Shown here: positions 61,633 through 64,000 of the stretch, piece by piece
How the letters are laid out: each line of letters begins with the position of its first letter
How positions within the stretch are numbered: position 1 is the first letter of the stretch
Assembly: GCA_000092065.1 (NCBI GenBank)
Contig: CP000596.1
Reading direction: 5' to 3' (one strand)
DNA length: 64,000 nucleotides
Origin: Ostreococcus lucimarinus
Lineage: Eukaryota
Made by a program: the position numbers and the translations under genes
The notes under the pieces: model-generated
Told to the model about the DNA's origin: nothing
Database searches by the model: none
The model's input: the letters and a program-made list of their open reading frames with translations, nothing else

Positions 61633-63564
61633 ATGCGCGCCGACGCCCGCGACGCCGGCGACGACGACGCGTCGGCGACGTCTTCCAAAGGTGCGGGGGG
61701 CGAACTCGAGCTCGATGGCGCGGGAGGAGCACTGGAAGACTTGAGAACGAAGCTGCACGAGGCCGAACGCGCGGCGCGCGAGAGCGAGCTCGTGGCTCGG
61801 TCGAAGGTTTCAAAGGCGTTCGAGCGGTTGAAGGACGCCGACGCCGCGGCGAACGAGGAACGCGAGCGAGCGGCAAAGCTCGAGCGCGAGCTCGAGCGAG
61901 TGAAGGCATCGTGCGAAGAAACGAGCGAAGCGCTTCAAGCGGCGAACATAAAGGTGAGCGTACTCACCGCTCAAGTCGCGGCTCTCGCCGACGAACCGAC
62001 GTCGCCGTCCAACGCCAAGGCGAAGAAAGGAAAGGCCAAGACAAAGTCGAAGCCTTCAGACGCGACTGTTGATGTGGCGATGGTGAATTCAATGCTCACC
62101 TCGGCGAATGAAAAGCTGAAGCACGAAACCGAAGCGCACGAAGCGTCAAAGCGCGCGACGGCGTCGCTCGAAGAAGAAATCAAGCGTCTGAAACCGCTCG
62201 CGCAGATGACGGAGACGATGAGAGCAGATCTTACGTGTGCAGTCGCGGAAGCGAATGAGGCGAAATCAAACGCTGAAAATTGGAAAAAGCTGGTAGACTC
62301 TAAAGAACAATCGTCGGGTGTGAACGAAAGAAAGCTTCGCGAGGCGTTGACGCGACTCAACACGGAATTGCACGAGGCGAAGGAAAAAGTTCGCGCGCTC
62401 GAAGTCGCCAACGAAGACGCTATGCGCACCGGCACGATGTTGCAGCAGCAAGCCGTGGAAGCTGGCGAGCGCATCACTCGAAGTCTCCGAAGTCGTCTCG
62501 ACGAGGTAAACGATGAAATGAGCGAACTGAAGAGGAGAGAAGCCGTAGCCGCGGCTGAAGGCCACGCGGCGTCCGAGGCGATTCGCCGAGCCGCAAAATT
62601 TGAAGAGGAACTCAAGCGTGCGAAACATCGCCTCGCGGACGCAGAAATGGCTCTCGTAGACAGTGAGTCAGCTGTCAAGGCGTTACAGTTTCAGCTCGAT
62701 TTGAGCGGAGAATCCACGTATCGCGACGACTCGAGCGTGCGACGCGAAACGCGTTTGCGAAACGAGCTCGAGGAGACGATCGCTCACGCCGCAAAATCGA
62801 GCGCTGAGATTGAACGCCTCGGCGATATCGTTAAAAAGTTAGATGACGAGCTCACGACGGCTCGCGAAGTCGTAAAACGGCTCACTGAAGAAAACAACTC
62901 GCTCATCAATCGCGTCGACGCGGCGGAAAAGAAGAACGAGATTCATTCCCTCCTCGGCGCGACGAGCGCGAAGCACGAAGACTTGGAATTGCTCCAAACG
63001 ACGGCGAGTAAAGTGGACTTGATCGTGGCTGAAAATCAGCGATTAGCGTCTGAATGTAAGGCGGCGCACACCGCGCTGAAGACCGCAGAGGACACGGCGA
63101 GGACGGCGAAGTCGGCGCTGGCGAGCGAACGCGAAGAATTCGAAGTGTGGAGGCGCAAGGCGAGGGAAATAATCGATTCCAAAGACCGCGAGATTGATCG
63201 TATACGCGCCCGCGGAGATGATAAGCAACCGCCTCCCAAGTCGACGCCGACAGCAATGCTCAAGCGCAAAGGCGGCGCCGAGGACGACGCTTCGTACATC
63301 AAGGCGGTGTTACTGCAATTCCTCGGCGAAGAGGAATGGGAGGTGCAGCAAAACTTGCTCCCCACCGTTATCGCGCTGTGTGGCGGTACATCGGAAGATT
63401 TGCGGAAAATTCAAGCGAATCGCGCTAATTTAGAACCGACGTTCGTGCACTCGACCGAAGTAGCAATCTCGAAATCTCTGGAGCAGGGCGCGATGACTGT
63501 CGCGTCGACGGCGAATTCTTTCACCGAGAGCATCGGTTTGGGGCGATTTTTTTCGAGCGCGTGA
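61633..63564 (+). CDS. Coiled-coil golgin with a C-terminal GRIP domain.
   Basis: About 600 aa of heptad-rich coiled coil. It ends in a GRIP-domain consensus YIKAVLLQFLGEEEWEVQQNLLPTV (compare [FY]LKNVLLQF[LM]). It is the last gene before the telomere. Confidence 0.7.
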   Translation: MRADARDAGDDDASATSSKGAGGELELDGAGGALEDLRTKLHEAERAARESELVARSKVSKAFERLKDADAAANEERERAAKLERELERVKASCEETSEALQAANIKVSVLTAQVAALADEPTSPSNAKAKKGKAKTKSKPSDATVDVAMVNSMLTSANEKLKHETEAHEASKRATASLEEEIKRLKPLAQMTETMRADLTCAVAEANEAKSNAENWKKLVDSKEQSSGVNERKLREALTRLNTELHEAKEKVRALEVANEDAMRTGTMLQQQAVEAGERITRSLRSRLDEVNDEMSELKRREAVAAAEGHAASEAIRRAAKFEEELKRAKHRLADAEMALVDSESAVKALQFQLDLSGESTYRDDSSVRRETRLRNELEETIAHAAKSSAEIERLGDIVKKLDDELTTAREVVKRLTEENNSLINRVDAAEKKNEIHSLLGATSAKHEDLELLQTTASKVDLIVAENQRLASECKAAHTALKTAEDTARTAKSALASEREEFEVWRRKAREIIDSKDREIDRIRARGDDKQPPPKSTPTAMLKRKGGAEDDASYIKAVLLQFLGEEEWEVQQNLLPTVIALCGGTSEDLRKIQANRANLEPTFVHSTEVAISKSLEQGAMTVASTANSFTESIGLGRFFSSA

Positions 63565-63595
63565 CGAAACAATAGATTAGGTAGAAGATGGCAAG

Positions 63596-63750
63596 AAATA
63601 GAAGATGTAAAATGCAAAGCGACCCACACGCACGCATCGCCGTCGCCGTCCCTGGTAAACCACACGGGGATCGCAAATGCGACCGCGGGCTAAAAATAGA
63701 AGAAACAGGAATGCAAAGCGATTCACTTACGTCGCCGTCGCCGTCCCCGC
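63596..63750. repeat. Subtelomeric imperfect direct repeat: two copies of about 57 bp (AAATAGAAGA...AATGCAAAGCGA...CGCCGTCGCCGTCCC) spaced about 97 bp apart.
   Basis: Read directly: 63596..63653 and 63693..63750. Confidence 0.8.
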
Positions 63751-63803
63751 GTCGTCTCCCAGCGCGCGTCGCCGCACTCGCCTCCCTGAAAATACGGTTA
63801 GAA

Positions 63804-64000
63804 TTTAGGGTTTTGGGTTTAGGGTTTTTGGGTTTAGGGTTTAGGGTTTAGGGTTTAGGGTTTAGGGTTTAGGGTTTAGGGTTTAGGGTTTAGGGTTTAG
63901 GGTTTAGGGTTTAGGGTTTAGGGTTTAGGGTTTAGGGTTTAGGGTTTAGGGTTTAGGGTTTAGGGTTTAGGGTTTAGGGTTTAGGGTTTAGGGTTTAGGG
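63804..64000 (+). repeat. Telomere: (TTTAGGG)n running to the window end. The proximal units are degenerate (TTTTGGG, TTTTTGGG).
   Basis: About 27 perfect heptamers from about 63832 onward. The G-rich strand is 5'->3' toward the terminus, as expected for a right chromosome end. Arabidopsis-type repeat, as in green algae. Confidence 0.95.

Noticed and set aside
1-64000. Prokaryotic-style interpretation: operons, CRISPR, defence islands.
   Set aside because: The telomere repeats, spliceosomal introns, organellar presequences and eukaryote-specific genes (ESCRT-III, COG6, golgin, eIF4B, NSA2, CTNNBL1, DENN) show this is nuclear eukaryotic DNA. No CRISPR-like repeat-spacer arrays are present.
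1-64000. tRNA, snoRNA or other RNA genes in intergenic spacers.
   Set aside because: Most spacers are under 200 bp. No tRNA-like arm or GTTCGAATC-type box motifs were recognisable by eye. I cannot exclude small RNAs without a covariance-model scan.

Overview
This window reads as the right-hand end of a nuclear chromosome from a GC-rich (~65-70%), gene-dense, intron-poor photosynthetic eukaryote. It is not prokaryotic or viral DNA.

The evidence for this reading:
- The window ends in about 200 bp of Arabidopsis-type telomere repeat (TTTAGGG)n, with the G-rich strand running 5'->3' toward the terminus.
- Several genes are typical of the green lineage, which points to a green alga: the PHYLLO MenF-MenD-MenC-MenH fusion, plant-type eIF4B, a RETICULATA-related DUF3411 protein, an SDP1-type TAG lipase, and a DUF819 envelope protein.
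- Genome compaction like that of the Mamiellophyceae (Micromonas or Ostreococcus-like) is an inference, not a database result.

About 40 protein-coding genes are packed on both strands, with intergenic gaps often under 200 bp. The last gene ends about 240 bp before the telomere.

At least six genes appear to carry one short 5'-proximal spliceosomal intron each, which the six-frame ORF track cannot show. I inferred these from protein-family N-termini plus GTRCG donor, CTGAC branch point and YAG acceptor signals.

Many long ORFs in the supplied track are antisense or low-complexity artefacts of high GC and were not called.

The most notable items are listed under findings.
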